Source: Planctomycetota bacterium
GTDB taxonomy: Bacteria > Planctomycetota > UBA8108 > UBA1146
Direction of reading: 5' to 3'
DNA length: 64,000 bases
Assembly (NCBI GenBank): GCA_015664425.1
Contig: DQQH01000258.1
Location: 9,359 to 73,358 of the forward strand
The notes below the pieces were generated by a model. The model was not told where the DNA came from, made no database searches, and saw only the letters and a program-made list of their open reading frames with translations. Shown piece by piece: positions 57,001 through 64,000 of the stretch (position 1 is the stretch's first letter; every line of letters begins with the position of its first letter). The position numbers and the translations under genes are program-made.

Positions 57001-58429
57001 CCTCTTCTATGCCATGGCTCGCCTCCACCAGACGACGATGGAGGTTGCCGAAGCGCGGCGCTCTTATGACCGTGCGGATCAGATCATCGAACGCATCTCT
57101 TCTCGTCTTCCCGAGGATATGCGGGTCGTCTTCAGAGACGATCGCCGCAGGAAGAACTTCTTCACCGACCTCCAGAGGTTCCGCAAGGAGTCGAGCGAAC
57201 TGGTCACGGTGGAGACCATTTCTCAGGAAGGAAAGGAGGTGACCGGAGAGCGGCCACTCTCTGACTCCGCCGCTGGGCCGGATGGCGATGGCCTCCTCGT
57301 TCGGTTCTTGCCGGTGATCGACCGCCTGGCGATCGCTGAGGATCTGGCGACCTTCTTCCACAGTCTTCTCGAAGAAGCGCGTCGGCTGGTTCCCTCTCCT
57401 CGGGGTTTCATCCTCGAGAGGATCGGTTCGCGCTGGAAGGTGTTTTCCGAGATCGACATGGGTCAGAAGGAGTCGTGGGCGGTCGATGACAGCTTGCCCG
57501 GGGCAATCTCTCTCCTCACCATCGACCGGGATCAGGTGCTTCGTTCCGGTGGCGAGGAGTGGATGAAACTGGTCGAGGACTCCCAGGAAGGGTCCAGTTA
57601 CAAGGGCCGCTCGATGATGGCGATCCCGGTTAAGTTGCCCGACAGGTTTTCAGGGGTTCTTGTTCTGGAGCGTCCCACCGCTGGCAACCCCTTCCAGGAA
57701 GAGGACGGAGATCACCTTCTACAGCTGCTCCGGGTGCTCGGAGGGCAGTTTCGTGCCCTCGTAGCCGGTGACAGTCTCGCTCGCTTCGAGCGGACCTCCA
57801 TCCTCACTCCGAGTGGCTTCGAGGCGAACCTCGGTTACCTCCTCGAGAAGCAGAAGCGCGACAAGGTCCCCCTGGGAGCGATCGAGATGGTGATCCCGGG
57901 GTTGGATCATTTGATACGCCAGCGCACCGGAGAAGAAATCGTCGACAGGTTCAGCGATCTGGCCGGACCTGGTGTCGTTCATTGCCTCCGTCCAGCGGGA
58001 GACCGATACGTCTTCCTTTATCTGGGGCGAAGCCTCGAAGACCTCCAGCAGAAATCCCGGGATCTGGGCCACAGGATCTCCGAACTTCGGGAAGGTGTGG
58101 GTCTGGCCGATCGTTGCGAGATCGACATTTTTGTACACCACATGCCCCTGGACGACAGCGGTCTCGATGGGCTCCGCCGGGCCGGTGCGGGGTATTTCTG
58201 TTCGGGCGAGGTCCCACAGATCGAGAGCGAAGTCGCGACCCTCACCGGCGGGGGTATCTCATTGAAAGAAGCGAAAAGGGCCCTGGAGAAGCGTTACATC
58301 GTCTCCGCCCTGCACAAGAGCGAAGGTAACGTCACCCATGCTGCCGAGGCGTTGGGGATGCACCGCCCGCAGCTTTCCAACCTGTTGAAACGCCATGGCA
58401 TTCGCAGGGAAGACTTCGAGCGCTCCTGA
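54059..58429 (+). CDS. Very large multidomain regulator: STAND/AAA-16-type NTPase, extended TPR-like region, GAF-like domain, degenerate GGDEF-like domain, and C-terminal Fis-type HTH
   Basis: P-loop VRGASGQGKSRL; about 600 aa of helical TPR-like repeats; GAF-like segment (res. ~1040-1170); ...RPAGDRYVFLYLG... where GGDEF would sit; C-terminus EAKRALEKRYIVSALHKSEGNVTHAAEALGMHRPQLSNLLKRHGI (HTH_8). Confidence 0.6.
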   Translation: MGMTREEPIDMTPQDAEDRGLSPDRNEILDELEDLIRCALLAERGQGSGVALVLVRGASGQGKSRLVEDLLERLGDERPLFQEVECHERQGIPFLPVLRLIKNLIVSSLAPRELWRKYAHVLTRVFPELVEQLGGAMPPDPLPGEDGRIQFHQALTSILLELAAERPLLLAIHDIHRCDRGTIEFITFLARNVFLSTGGQRSEVDASAGSEEGSREWKQIHTREGRDGKSVSEFLESDEGSTSEGSPGARIQIVVNYTSKDSAARLAGETDEVLASLGRLAKEPFSRHFDLPPLMPGDLAQMVETEVEARCEPGQIERVYEATGGNPLRALDLCRLVSESGGNWRLLDDILPAILPKGASSAQEQLGRGVFMRRLASLPALQVMVLRYLALLRRPADAVFIGEACQSDPQILDEALLELTDRGFIRSRQVRNLSRFHIGHEDHLRWIRRGIEPSEARRLQGDLGRILAEDPRASEPVRSFEIYEQLRAAGQLEECRGHGFSAFRFFSSAYAEHLAIRVGRELIDSLGADGDPEMRHDVLMELIELEMGTGQQELAKAHAKSLIEDPELPAGPRLEGLLLLAEIYCQLGEPLKGIKALNRVPRETVATVGGLSEARITTKRARLRLERRDFKRAISLCLRGLKELEGTAEEPVHLSLRADLLEFLSEAHLRRGETVSALNHYQSLLELVEGLGDDVRLSSVLRTLSRVYYDRGNHFRSARYLFRALEVIERTRDFRALASTYELLGKVYRNSGDFPRSLEHFRLSLRLREKIGDAKLLSPTLNSIGSLHSHNGDYARAIRYFKRSVTNSERFGSTDGIVRSFLHLGWVFHELGERKQLESLCRQVLILSQEFDLLDLEAEGHRLAGSLAFLRGDLKNSEKEFRRSLEIAQKRGMTKLAAASHLDLAALEQKRERYEAALKLVSRGILQAEEIQSIPFQVRGLLLKGEISRHLRGGSPERTRECYEKAVTLVSGETLMPLQWSLFYAMARLHQTTMEVAEARRSYDRADQIIERISSRLPEDMRVVFRDDRRRKNFFTDLQRFRKESSELVTVETISQEGKEVTGERPLSDSAAGPDGDGLLVRFLPVIDRLAIAEDLATFFHSLLEEARRLVPSPRGFILERIGSRWKVFSEIDMGQKESWAVDDSLPGAISLLTIDRDQVLRSGGEEWMKLVEDSQEGSSYKGRSMMAIPVKLPDRFSGVLVLERPTAGNPFQEEDGDHLLQLLRVLGGQFRALVAGDSLARFERTSILTPSGFEANLGYLLEKQKRDKVPLGAIEMVIPGLDHLIRQRTGEEIVDRFSDLAGPGVVHCLRPAGDRYVFLYLGRSLEDLQQKSRDLGHRISELREGVGLADRCEIDIFVHHMPLDDSGLDGLRRAGAGYFCSGEVPQIESEVATLTGGGISLKEAKRALEKRYIVSALHKSEGNVTHAAEALGMHRPQLSNLLKRHGIRREDFERS

Positions 58430-58528
58430 GGAACTTCCCAAGAAACCAGGGTGCCCCGAGATGGCCAGAGGGCCCGGGTGCGCGCAAGCGCCCGGACCCT
58501 TCAGCCCTGGTCTCAATTTGCCGTCGAG

Positions 58529-58726
58529 TCAGTTGCAGTTGAAATCGTGTGCGCGGACGGTCTTGCGACCGTTGGCGCCGGCACGGCTTGCAGCCTGCTG
58601 GATGTACCAGTGGATGACTTCGTTGAGACCGTCAAGGGCGTCACCACCCACGTTGACCCCGTGACCCTTGAGGGCAGCCTTGGCCTTGCTGCCGACCAGG
58701 AGCATCTCCTTCGTCTGAGTGTTCAT
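58529..58726 (-). CDS. Histone-fold protein (archaeal HMf/DUF1931-like singlet), 65 aa
   Basis: MNTQTKEML...NVGGDALDGLNEVIHWYIQQAASRAGANGRKTVRAHDF aligns with HMfB ...[42 protein letters not shown]. Start taken at the internal Met of the track ORF. Confidence 0.5.
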   Translation of the reverse strand: MNTQTKEMLLVGSKAKAALKGHGVNVGGDALDGLNEVIHWYIQQAASRAGANGRKTVRAHDFNCN

Positions 58727-59110
58727 AAGGACAGAATCCTTCCGAAAATCGACTCCCGGACCCAACTCGAGTCCGGCGGAGCGCCCCGTAGCCCTCCAGT
58801 CCTTCGTACCTCGAGGCTGCCTGGCATGGTGCCGCGGTACCTCGGCCCATTACGGGTTCGGGCCAGGAAACGCAGCAGGCGGCCTCTCGGGCTCATGACG
58901 CGTCCGATTGTGACAGTATTACCTCCCAGGGAAAGATCAATTTTGCCCCAGACTGCCCACAGGAGCCCATCAGAGGTGAAACCGTACTCGGTCGGGGAGG
59001 CCTCGGGGTCAGTTTCGAGCAGCCAAGAATGCCTTCTTTATTAGGCCTAAGCCTTTTTGAAGAAATGAGTTAAGGCTATCTCTCCTGGGTTTCTCCCGGT
59101 CCACCTGGGC

Positions 59111-61141
59111 TCAGGAGTGAATGAAGGGAGCAGGATGGCGAGGTCCCTTCTCGAGGAAGTTCTGGATTCCGATATTCATATCTCGAGTGGCGCAGACTTC
59201 GCCGAACATCCGGGCCTCGAATGCGATCCCTTCCTTCAGAGGTAGGCGGCACCCCTCGAGGATCGCCCTCGAGAGGATCCCATCGACCATTCGACTGAGG
59301 TGTCCCAGGTCGACCTCCGGAAGCATCTCGGGAACCTGGATCGGGCCCTTCTGGATCTCTGGAAGCGGAGTTTCTCCCGCCACGGCCGCTCTGACCATGT
59401 CGATCCCGGTCGAGAGCAACTGCTCCTTGCTGCCCGGGACCTCCCGTTCGATCAGGCCGATTCGGAGCGCTTCTGAGCTGGAAACGGGTCGTCCGGTGCG
59501 CATCAACTCGGAAGCCTTCTCGATGCCGACCCAGCGCGGGAGGCGCTGTGTTCCGCCTCCACCTGGGATGATACCGAGGTTTACCTCGGGTTGGCCGGCG
59601 AGGACCTTCAATCCCTCCCGGGCAATCCGGGCATTGCACGCCAGTGCGATCTCGTTCCCACCTCCGAGAGCGAGGCCGTTGAAGGCGCAGACGACAGGTT
59701 TGGGACAGTCCTCGATTGCCTGGATCGAGAGTTGGGAACCGGATGAAGTTTTCTCCCCCATCTCCTTGCTGTCGATTTTTGCAAGGAACCCGACATCTGC
59801 CCCGGAGGCGAAAGCCTTCACCCCGTAGCCGGTCAGGACCGCGCCGATGACGCTGTCATCGGCAGCGATGTCGAGGAAATGCTGCTTAATCTCCTCGAAG
59901 GTGGCTTCATTGAGAGCGTTGAGGGCTCGCGGGCGCCGAATGCAGACGATGGCCACCTCTTCCCGATCCCACCTGAAAACGGTTGCGATGGGAAACGGTT
60001 CACCGAGCCCTGCCTGCTCCACGAGGCAAAGTGGGACCGAGAACCCCGGGTTTTTCGCTGCGTAGTTTTCGACCAGTCCCAGAGATTTCTCGAGGCCGAT
60101 GCGATTCATCAGGCGGAAAGGGGCGTGCATGTCGAGGGCAATCTCAACCGCCATGTCGAGGTCTGCCACGCTGGAGATGCCGCTGTCGACGATTTCACCG
60201 ACGATGCCGAAGTAAGCTCCCAGGAGTGATTCCGAGATCAGTGCGGATCTCTCCGGCTCCACCTCGACCCCTTCTCCCCGAGCCGGGACCTCCCATCGGC
60301 TCTGATTCTTGACGGCATCCTTGAGAATCTGTGGCGAGCGGTACCAGGGCATGATCCTCGATGTGTAGTTCCCAAGCCCGACGTCGGTGATCGGATTTCC
60401 TCCGGTGAGATTCATCGCTGTGAAGGGGCCGACGGTGTATCCGAGAGTCTTGCAGGCGACCGCGTCGACCTCCTTCGATGTACCTTTGCCCTCCTCTACG
60501 AGGAGCGCCGAAGCGAGGAAGAGTCCCTCGAAGATGGGGTCGATCGCGTATCCGTAACGACTTCCCACCTCGATGGGGAACTTGCCGATCTCCTCGTAGA
60601 AACCCATCACCGCCCTCCCCAGGCCCGGGTCGCTTCCCGCCCCAGATACCACCTCAACCACGGGATTGCGCTCCGCCGGGAAGAAGTAGTGCACTACCAG
60701 CGATCGGGAGGGGTCCTCGAGGCCACCGAAGATCACTTCCGGCTCGAGGTGAGAGGAATTCGAGCACAGGATTGCTCCGTCGGAGACGATCGCTGTCAAC
60801 TGATTGAAGATTTTCCCCTTGAGGTTGCTGTCCTCGGTGGCCGCCTCGACCACGAGATCTGTGCCGGCGAGTTGCTGGTAGTCGTCGGTGAAAGTGACGT
60901 TCCCCTTCATCGCCTCGCCGGCATCGACGGTGAACGCACCAGATTCCACACCCTTGTCGACCTTTCTGTCGAGCTTCTTCCTGCCATTCTCGAGCGCCTC
61001 TCGGCTGACGTCGACGACGATGACAGGCACTCCCTGGGGCGTGAAGACCTTGCTGAAATGGAGAGCGATGTCAGGGCCGATCTGGCCTGACCCGATGACC
61101 CCGATCTTGGTGATCGGCCGATCGAGAATTTGCAGCGTCAT
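59111..61141 (-). CDS. Fatty-acid oxidation multifunctional enzyme: 3-hydroxyacyl-CoA dehydrogenase (N-terminal) + enoyl-CoA hydratase/crotonase (C-terminal)
   Basis: Rossmann motif KIGVIGSGQIG, 3HCDH C-terminal domain, then crotonase-fold VAIVCIRRPRALNAL...GGGNEIALAC. Start MTLQILD inside the longer track ORF. Confidence 0.8.
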   Translation of the reverse strand: MTLQILDRPITKIGVIGSGQIGPDIALHFSKVFTPQGVPVIVVDVSREALENGRKKLDRKVDKGVESGAFTVDAGEAMKGNVTFTDDYQQLAGTDLVVEAATEDSNLKGKIFNQLTAIVSDGAILCSNSSHLEPEVIFGGLEDPSRSLVVHYFFPAERNPVVEVVSGAGSDPGLGRAVMGFYEEIGKFPIEVGSRYGYAIDPIFEGLFLASALLVEEGKGTSKEVDAVACKTLGYTVGPFTAMNLTGGNPITDVGLGNYTSRIMPWYRSPQILKDAVKNQSRWEVPARGEGVEVEPERSALISESLLGAYFGIVGEIVDSGISSVADLDMAVEIALDMHAPFRLMNRIGLEKSLGLVENYAAKNPGFSVPLCLVEQAGLGEPFPIATVFRWDREEVAIVCIRRPRALNALNEATFEEIKQHFLDIAADDSVIGAVLTGYGVKAFASGADVGFLAKIDSKEMGEKTSSGSQLSIQAIEDCPKPVVCAFNGLALGGGNEIALACNARIAREGLKVLAGQPEVNLGIIPGGGGTQRLPRWVGIEKASELMRTGRPVSSSEALRIGLIEREVPGSKEQLLSTGIDMVRAAVAGETPLPEIQKGPIQVPEMLPEVDLGHLSRMVDGILSRAILEGCRLPLKEGIAFEARMFGEVCATRDMNIGIQNFLEKGPRHPAPFIHS

Positions 61142-61217
61142 TTCTTTTCTCCACGAGTACTTTCGGTTCCCTGAGACTGGGATTGTAATGGAGCCATTCC
61201 GTGCGGGAAGTCTGCCT

Positions 61218-61958
61218 TCAGGATTTCTCGGCGATGACGAAGAGAATGCGTCCGAAGAGTGCGGCCCCCGACAGGGTCCAGCGACAGTGTTGGCGGTATA
61301 CCTCCCCCTGTTTTCTCGCTTTCTTTCCAATCCCTCGCAGTTTCATCGCCAGCACCAGGAAGGGAAATACAGGCGCTAGCAGGAGTGAGGACAGACGGAG
61401 GTGATTTGTGGCAACTTCTTTGATCTGGCCGCCGTGGCGGCAGACGTAGTACTGAAAGTGCTGGATCCCCAGGCAGTTGAGATGCTGCTCACCGCTTTCC
61501 CTCTGGGGGTCGAATGGGCGCCGTGCGCCGTCGGTCGTCCCGTGGAGGAGATAGTGGGCCCTGGAGGCGAGCCCCTGGATGTTGGGGGTGGTGAAGAGTG
61601 CCCGACCGCCCGGTCTCAGCACCCGGAAGATTTCCTCGAAATATCGGTTGTGATTCTCAATGTGTTCGGCGACTTCGATAGAGACCGTGCAGTCGAAGCT
61701 TGCATCGGGGAAAGGCAATCCCTGGTTCAGGTCACAGCCGTGGAAGGGGACCGTGTCGACCTGGAAGACCTGCTCAGGAAGGTCGCATGCGTTGATGTCG
61801 CGATAGCCTTCATTCAGCATCTTGCGGCAGAAGAAGCCCGAGCCCGCTCCGACGTCGAGAATCCTGGAATCAGGATCGGTCGGCAGGAAAGGCAGGAGCC
61901 TGTTGTAGATGTCGGGTTGAAAGGTATTCCCTTTCAAAACCGCGCTGGTGGTGTTCAA
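61218..61958 (-). CDS. Class I SAM-dependent methyltransferase
   Basis: Motif I ILDVGAGSGFF, motif post-I INACDL, motif II LRPGGRALFTTPN. Confidence 0.7.
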   Translation of the reverse strand: MNTTSAVLKGNTFQPDIYNRLLPFLPTDPDSRILDVGAGSGFFCRKMLNEGYRDINACDLPEQVFQVDTVPFHGCDLNQGLPFPDASFDCTVSIEVAEHIENHNRYFEEIFRVLRPGGRALFTTPNIQGLASRAHYLLHGTTDGARRPFDPQRESGEQHLNCLGIQHFQYYVCRHGGQIKEVATNHLRLSSLLLAPVFPFLVLAMKLRGIGKKARKQGEVYRQHCRWTLSGAALFGRILFVIAEKS

Positions 61959-62680
61959 GCCTCGCCTCTCATCGCACTCAACTCCCTGTCAGTGGCCCAC
62001 CGAGCTTCCCCGGATGTGAGACTCCCCAGTTCGATGGCTCCGATCCGAACGCGGACCAGCCACTCTACCTCACTGCCGAGGGACTTCGCCATTCTACGCA
62101 CCTGCCGGTTTCTCCCCTCGCTGATGATGATTCGGATTACTCCACTGCGTCTGGAAATTTTTTCCAGTTCGACCCTCGCCGGGGCGGTCCGGGATTTATC
62201 CCCGATGTCGACCCCAGCGCGCAACTGCTCGATCTGGTCTTCGCTGGGGCAGGGGCGGAACTTTGCCCGGTATTCCTTTTCGACGTGTCGCTCGGGAGAG
62301 AGGATCTGATCGGAGAGATCGTTGTCATCGGTGAGGAGGAGCAAGCCTGCGCTCGCTCGATCGAGTCTTCCGACGGCACGCAATGACGGATCGGTGCGGA
62401 ATTCCTCCGGTAACTGGTCTCCGAGGCAAGGCCTTCCCTCGGGGTCCCTCACGGTGGTAATGACACCGCGTGGTTTGTTGTAGATCAGCAAGCGCGAGTC
62501 GCAACGGGTTACCACTCGATTTCCATCGAGAGTGACCCTGTCGACCTCCGGGTCGATCCATTGCTCTGCGTTTGAGATCACCTCGCCGTTGACGCGGACC
62601 CGTCCCTCCAGGACGAGGCGACGTGCTCCCGTCCGGCTGGCGACCCCGCAACGCGAGAGATAGCGATCGATGGTTCTCAT
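61955..62680 (-). CDS. rRNA pseudouridine synthase (RsuA/RluB family) with N-terminal S4 domain
   Basis: S4 motif RIDRYLSRCGVASRTGARRLVLEGRVRVNG; catalytic VGRLDRASAGLLLLTDD. Start MRTIDRY; the long N-terminal extension in the track ORF is implausible. Confidence 0.75.
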   Translation of the reverse strand: MRTIDRYLSRCGVASRTGARRLVLEGRVRVNGEVISNAEQWIDPEVDRVTLDGNRVVTRCDSRLLIYNKPRGVITTVRDPEGRPCLGDQLPEEFRTDPSLRAVGRLDRASAGLLLLTDDNDLSDQILSPERHVEKEYRAKFRPCPSEDQIEQLRAGVDIGDKSRTAPARVELEKISRRSGVIRIIISEGRNRQVRRMAKSLGSEVEWLVRVRIGAIELGSLTSGEARWATDRELSAMRGEA

Positions 62681-62694
62681 GGGAATGCCAGAGC

Positions 62695-63381
62695 TCAGTG
62701 GGCTTCCTTTCGAAGCCGGGCGGTGAGCCAGCGGCCGATATCGGTGATCTCCTCGGGGTGGACGGAATGGGGGCAGGGGTAACTGTGCCACTGGACCTCG
62801 TGTCCCAGCTCCCTCAATCGGTTTGCCGACGATTCGCCAAGAGCTCGAGGGACGACCGGATCCCAGTCGCCATGGCAGGCGAGTATCGGGGTCTCCCGAT
62901 TGGCATCTGAAGCTTCGGCTTCGATTTTTTCGGGGAGAGGCAGGTAGGCGGAAAGAACGATGATGCCGGCGAGAGGCCGGGGGTACCTGAGCCCGACATG
63001 GCATGCCATTGCGCCACCCTGGGAAAAACCAGCGAGCACGATCGCGTCTTCGGAAATCCCCCCCTTGTGAACCTGATCTTCGATGAGAGTTACGATCATC
63101 TCGGCGCTCGCCAGGATCCCCTTCTCGTCGACGCGGCGGTCGTTGCTGACCTCGAGGATGTCGTACCATGCGGGCATCACCATGCCGTTGTTGATGGTGA
63201 CGGCTCTGGAGGGAGCATGTGGAAATACGAACCTCACCGCCAGATCTTCAGGAAGCCCGAGGTGGGGTACTATCGGCTCGAAGTCGTGGCCATCAGCACC
63301 GAGGCCGTGGAGCCAGATCACAGCACAATCGGGTTCTGCTGCCGTTTCGATCACCACCGCTGGTAGGGGCTGCTGGGTCAT
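62695..63381 (-). CDS. Carboxylesterase/phospholipase (alpha/beta hydrolase, esterase EstB/PLP family)
   Basis: WLHGLGADGHDF; nucleophile elbow GFSQGGAM; catalytic His region (CHGDWDPVVP). Confidence 0.7.
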   Translation of the reverse strand: MTQQPLPAVVIETAAEPDCAVIWLHGLGADGHDFEPIVPHLGLPEDLAVRFVFPHAPSRAVTINNGMVMPAWYDILEVSNDRRVDEKGILASAEMIVTLIEDQVHKGGISEDAIVLAGFSQGGAMACHVGLRYPRPLAGIIVLSAYLPLPEKIEAEASDANRETPILACHGDWDPVVPRALGESSANRLRELGHEVQWHSYPCPHSVHPEEITDIGRWLTARLRKEAH

Positions 63382-63385
63382 CGGG

Positions 63386-64000
63386 TCATTTTCTCGACAG
63401 GATCTGGTCGAGTACCAGGAGCAGTTCCCCCAGGTGAGTGATGGTGTGGTCTCCTTCAGGAACGAAGCGCTCCTGCCAGTGCTGTTCCTCGCCATTGTCG
63501 AACCAGACGGTGGTCATCCCTTGTTGCTTTGCCCCGGGGAGTTCTTCGGAGTTGCCATCTCCGACATAAACGCAACTGGATCCGTCGATCTGGAGTTTTT
63601 CCAGGGCGTGTTGATACATCTTCGGATGGGGTTTTCGCACCCCCAGATGCGCGGAGCATGACCGGACAGGAAAGTATTTTCCGAGGGGTGTTTCGTCGAG
63701 GATCGTTGGGGCGAGAGTCGAGCAGTCGGTTATCAGGGCGAGCTGGAACCCTCGCGCCAGAAGTTGATCGAGGAGTTCAGTTGTTCCTGGTCTCGGGATA
63801 ATGGCAGAGCGCAGCAACTCGCGGTGGACCCCGGCTGCGCTGACCGTCGATCCAGAAGGAGGGGTGTGCTGGAGTGCCTCCAGCACCGCTTCGAATTGAC
63901 CTTCCCCGTCGGGGATCTCCCCCTCCATCCGTTGGCGGAAGAAATGTCCCCAGGCGTTGGAAAAACTGACCGGGTCGAGATCGAGATGGCGGGCCATCTC
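63386..64000 (-). CDS. HAD-superfamily hydrolase. The N-terminus (with the DxD motif) lies beyond the window end.
   Basis: HAD motif II LALITDCST, motif III GVRKPHPKMY, motif IV VYVGDGNSE. The ORF runs to the window edge. Confidence 0.5.
   Translation of the reverse strand, partial: EMARHLDLDPVSFSNAWGHFFRQRMEGEIPDGEGQFEAVLEALQHTPPSGSTVSAAGVHRELLRSAIIPRPGTTELLDQLLARGFQLALITDCSTLAPTILDETPLGKYFPVRSCSAHLGVRKPHPKMYQHALEKLQIDGSSCVYVGDGNSEELPGAKQQGMTTVWFDNGEEQHWQERFVPEGDHTITHLGELLLVLDQILSRK

Noticed and set aside
58430-58528. GC-rich hairpin (CCGGGTGCGC-GCAA-GCGCCCGG) between the regulator and the histone-fold gene as an intrinsic terminator
   Set aside because: A stable stem with a GNRA-like loop is present, but no U-tract follows on either strand. 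It may still act as a Rho-dependent or protein-binding element, so it is not called a terminator.
1-64000. CRISPR arrays, rRNA genes, insertion sequences, integrases, prophage genes
   Set aside because: No regularly spaced direct repeats, no transposase/integrase/recombinase motifs and no rRNA-like sequence were seen in any frame. The only repeated motifs are the short palindromes at 28070-28180.

Overview
This is a high-GC (~63%), densely coding bacterial chromosomal segment. It most resembles a Planctomycetota/PVC genome: it carries the hallmark DUF1549/DUF1553 (PSCyt, CxxCH) + DUF1501 (Tat) gene pair, PA14-domain secreted proteins, multiple PilB paralogs and frequent GTG/TTG starts. The long antisense ORFs in the track are GC artefacts.

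Gene order, left to right:
- Fe3+-type ABC importer (SBP partial, permease, ATPase), with a convergent LolD/LolE-like ABC pair.
- Leu/Phe/Val dehydrogenase translationally coupled to rnpA-yidD.
- Small MerR-like regulator with an overlapping unannotated 54-aa TM micro-ORF.
- A 1001-aa B12/radical-SAM protein (TIGR03960 + DUF2344), a ferredoxin, an MqnD-family protein and an FAD-linked oxidase.
- An OMP beta-barrel, then the DUF1549/1553 + DUF1501 pair.
- A PA14/prenyltransferase-like/HEAT secreted protein and a GH29 alpha-L-fucosidase with F5/8 and PA14 domains.
- PiT phosphate transporter + DUF47, and a second OMP.
- A 1.2-kb non-coding leader containing a tRNA-like T-arm/acceptor element, G-tract cluster and repeated TTCCGGGGAA-like palindromes.
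- Two tandem GspE/PilB ATPases with MshEN-like N-termini, plus GspF/PilC.
- RNase R, RNase HI, FKBP, and a PpiD/SurA-like chaperone.
- rpiB and a TsaC(Sua5)-LMW-PTP fusion.
- lipA-lipB-E2-E1beta-lpd operon, with a divergent fused E1 alpha-beta gene.
- ftsH.
- A signalling-looking cluster: kinase C-lobe-only pseudokinase + TPR protein, a small secreted Cys-rich protein, a 650-nt leader with mutually exclusive hairpins, and a 1456-aa STAND-NTPase/TPR/GAF/degenerate-GGDEF/Fis-HTH regulator.
- A 65-aa histone-fold (HMf-like) protein.
- FadB-like enzyme, SAM methyltransferase, pseudouridine synthase, esterase and a partial HAD hydrolase.

No CRISPR array, rRNA, transposase or integrase was seen. 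Internal start codons were derived from residue offsets in the ORF track, so coordinates may be off by a few nt.
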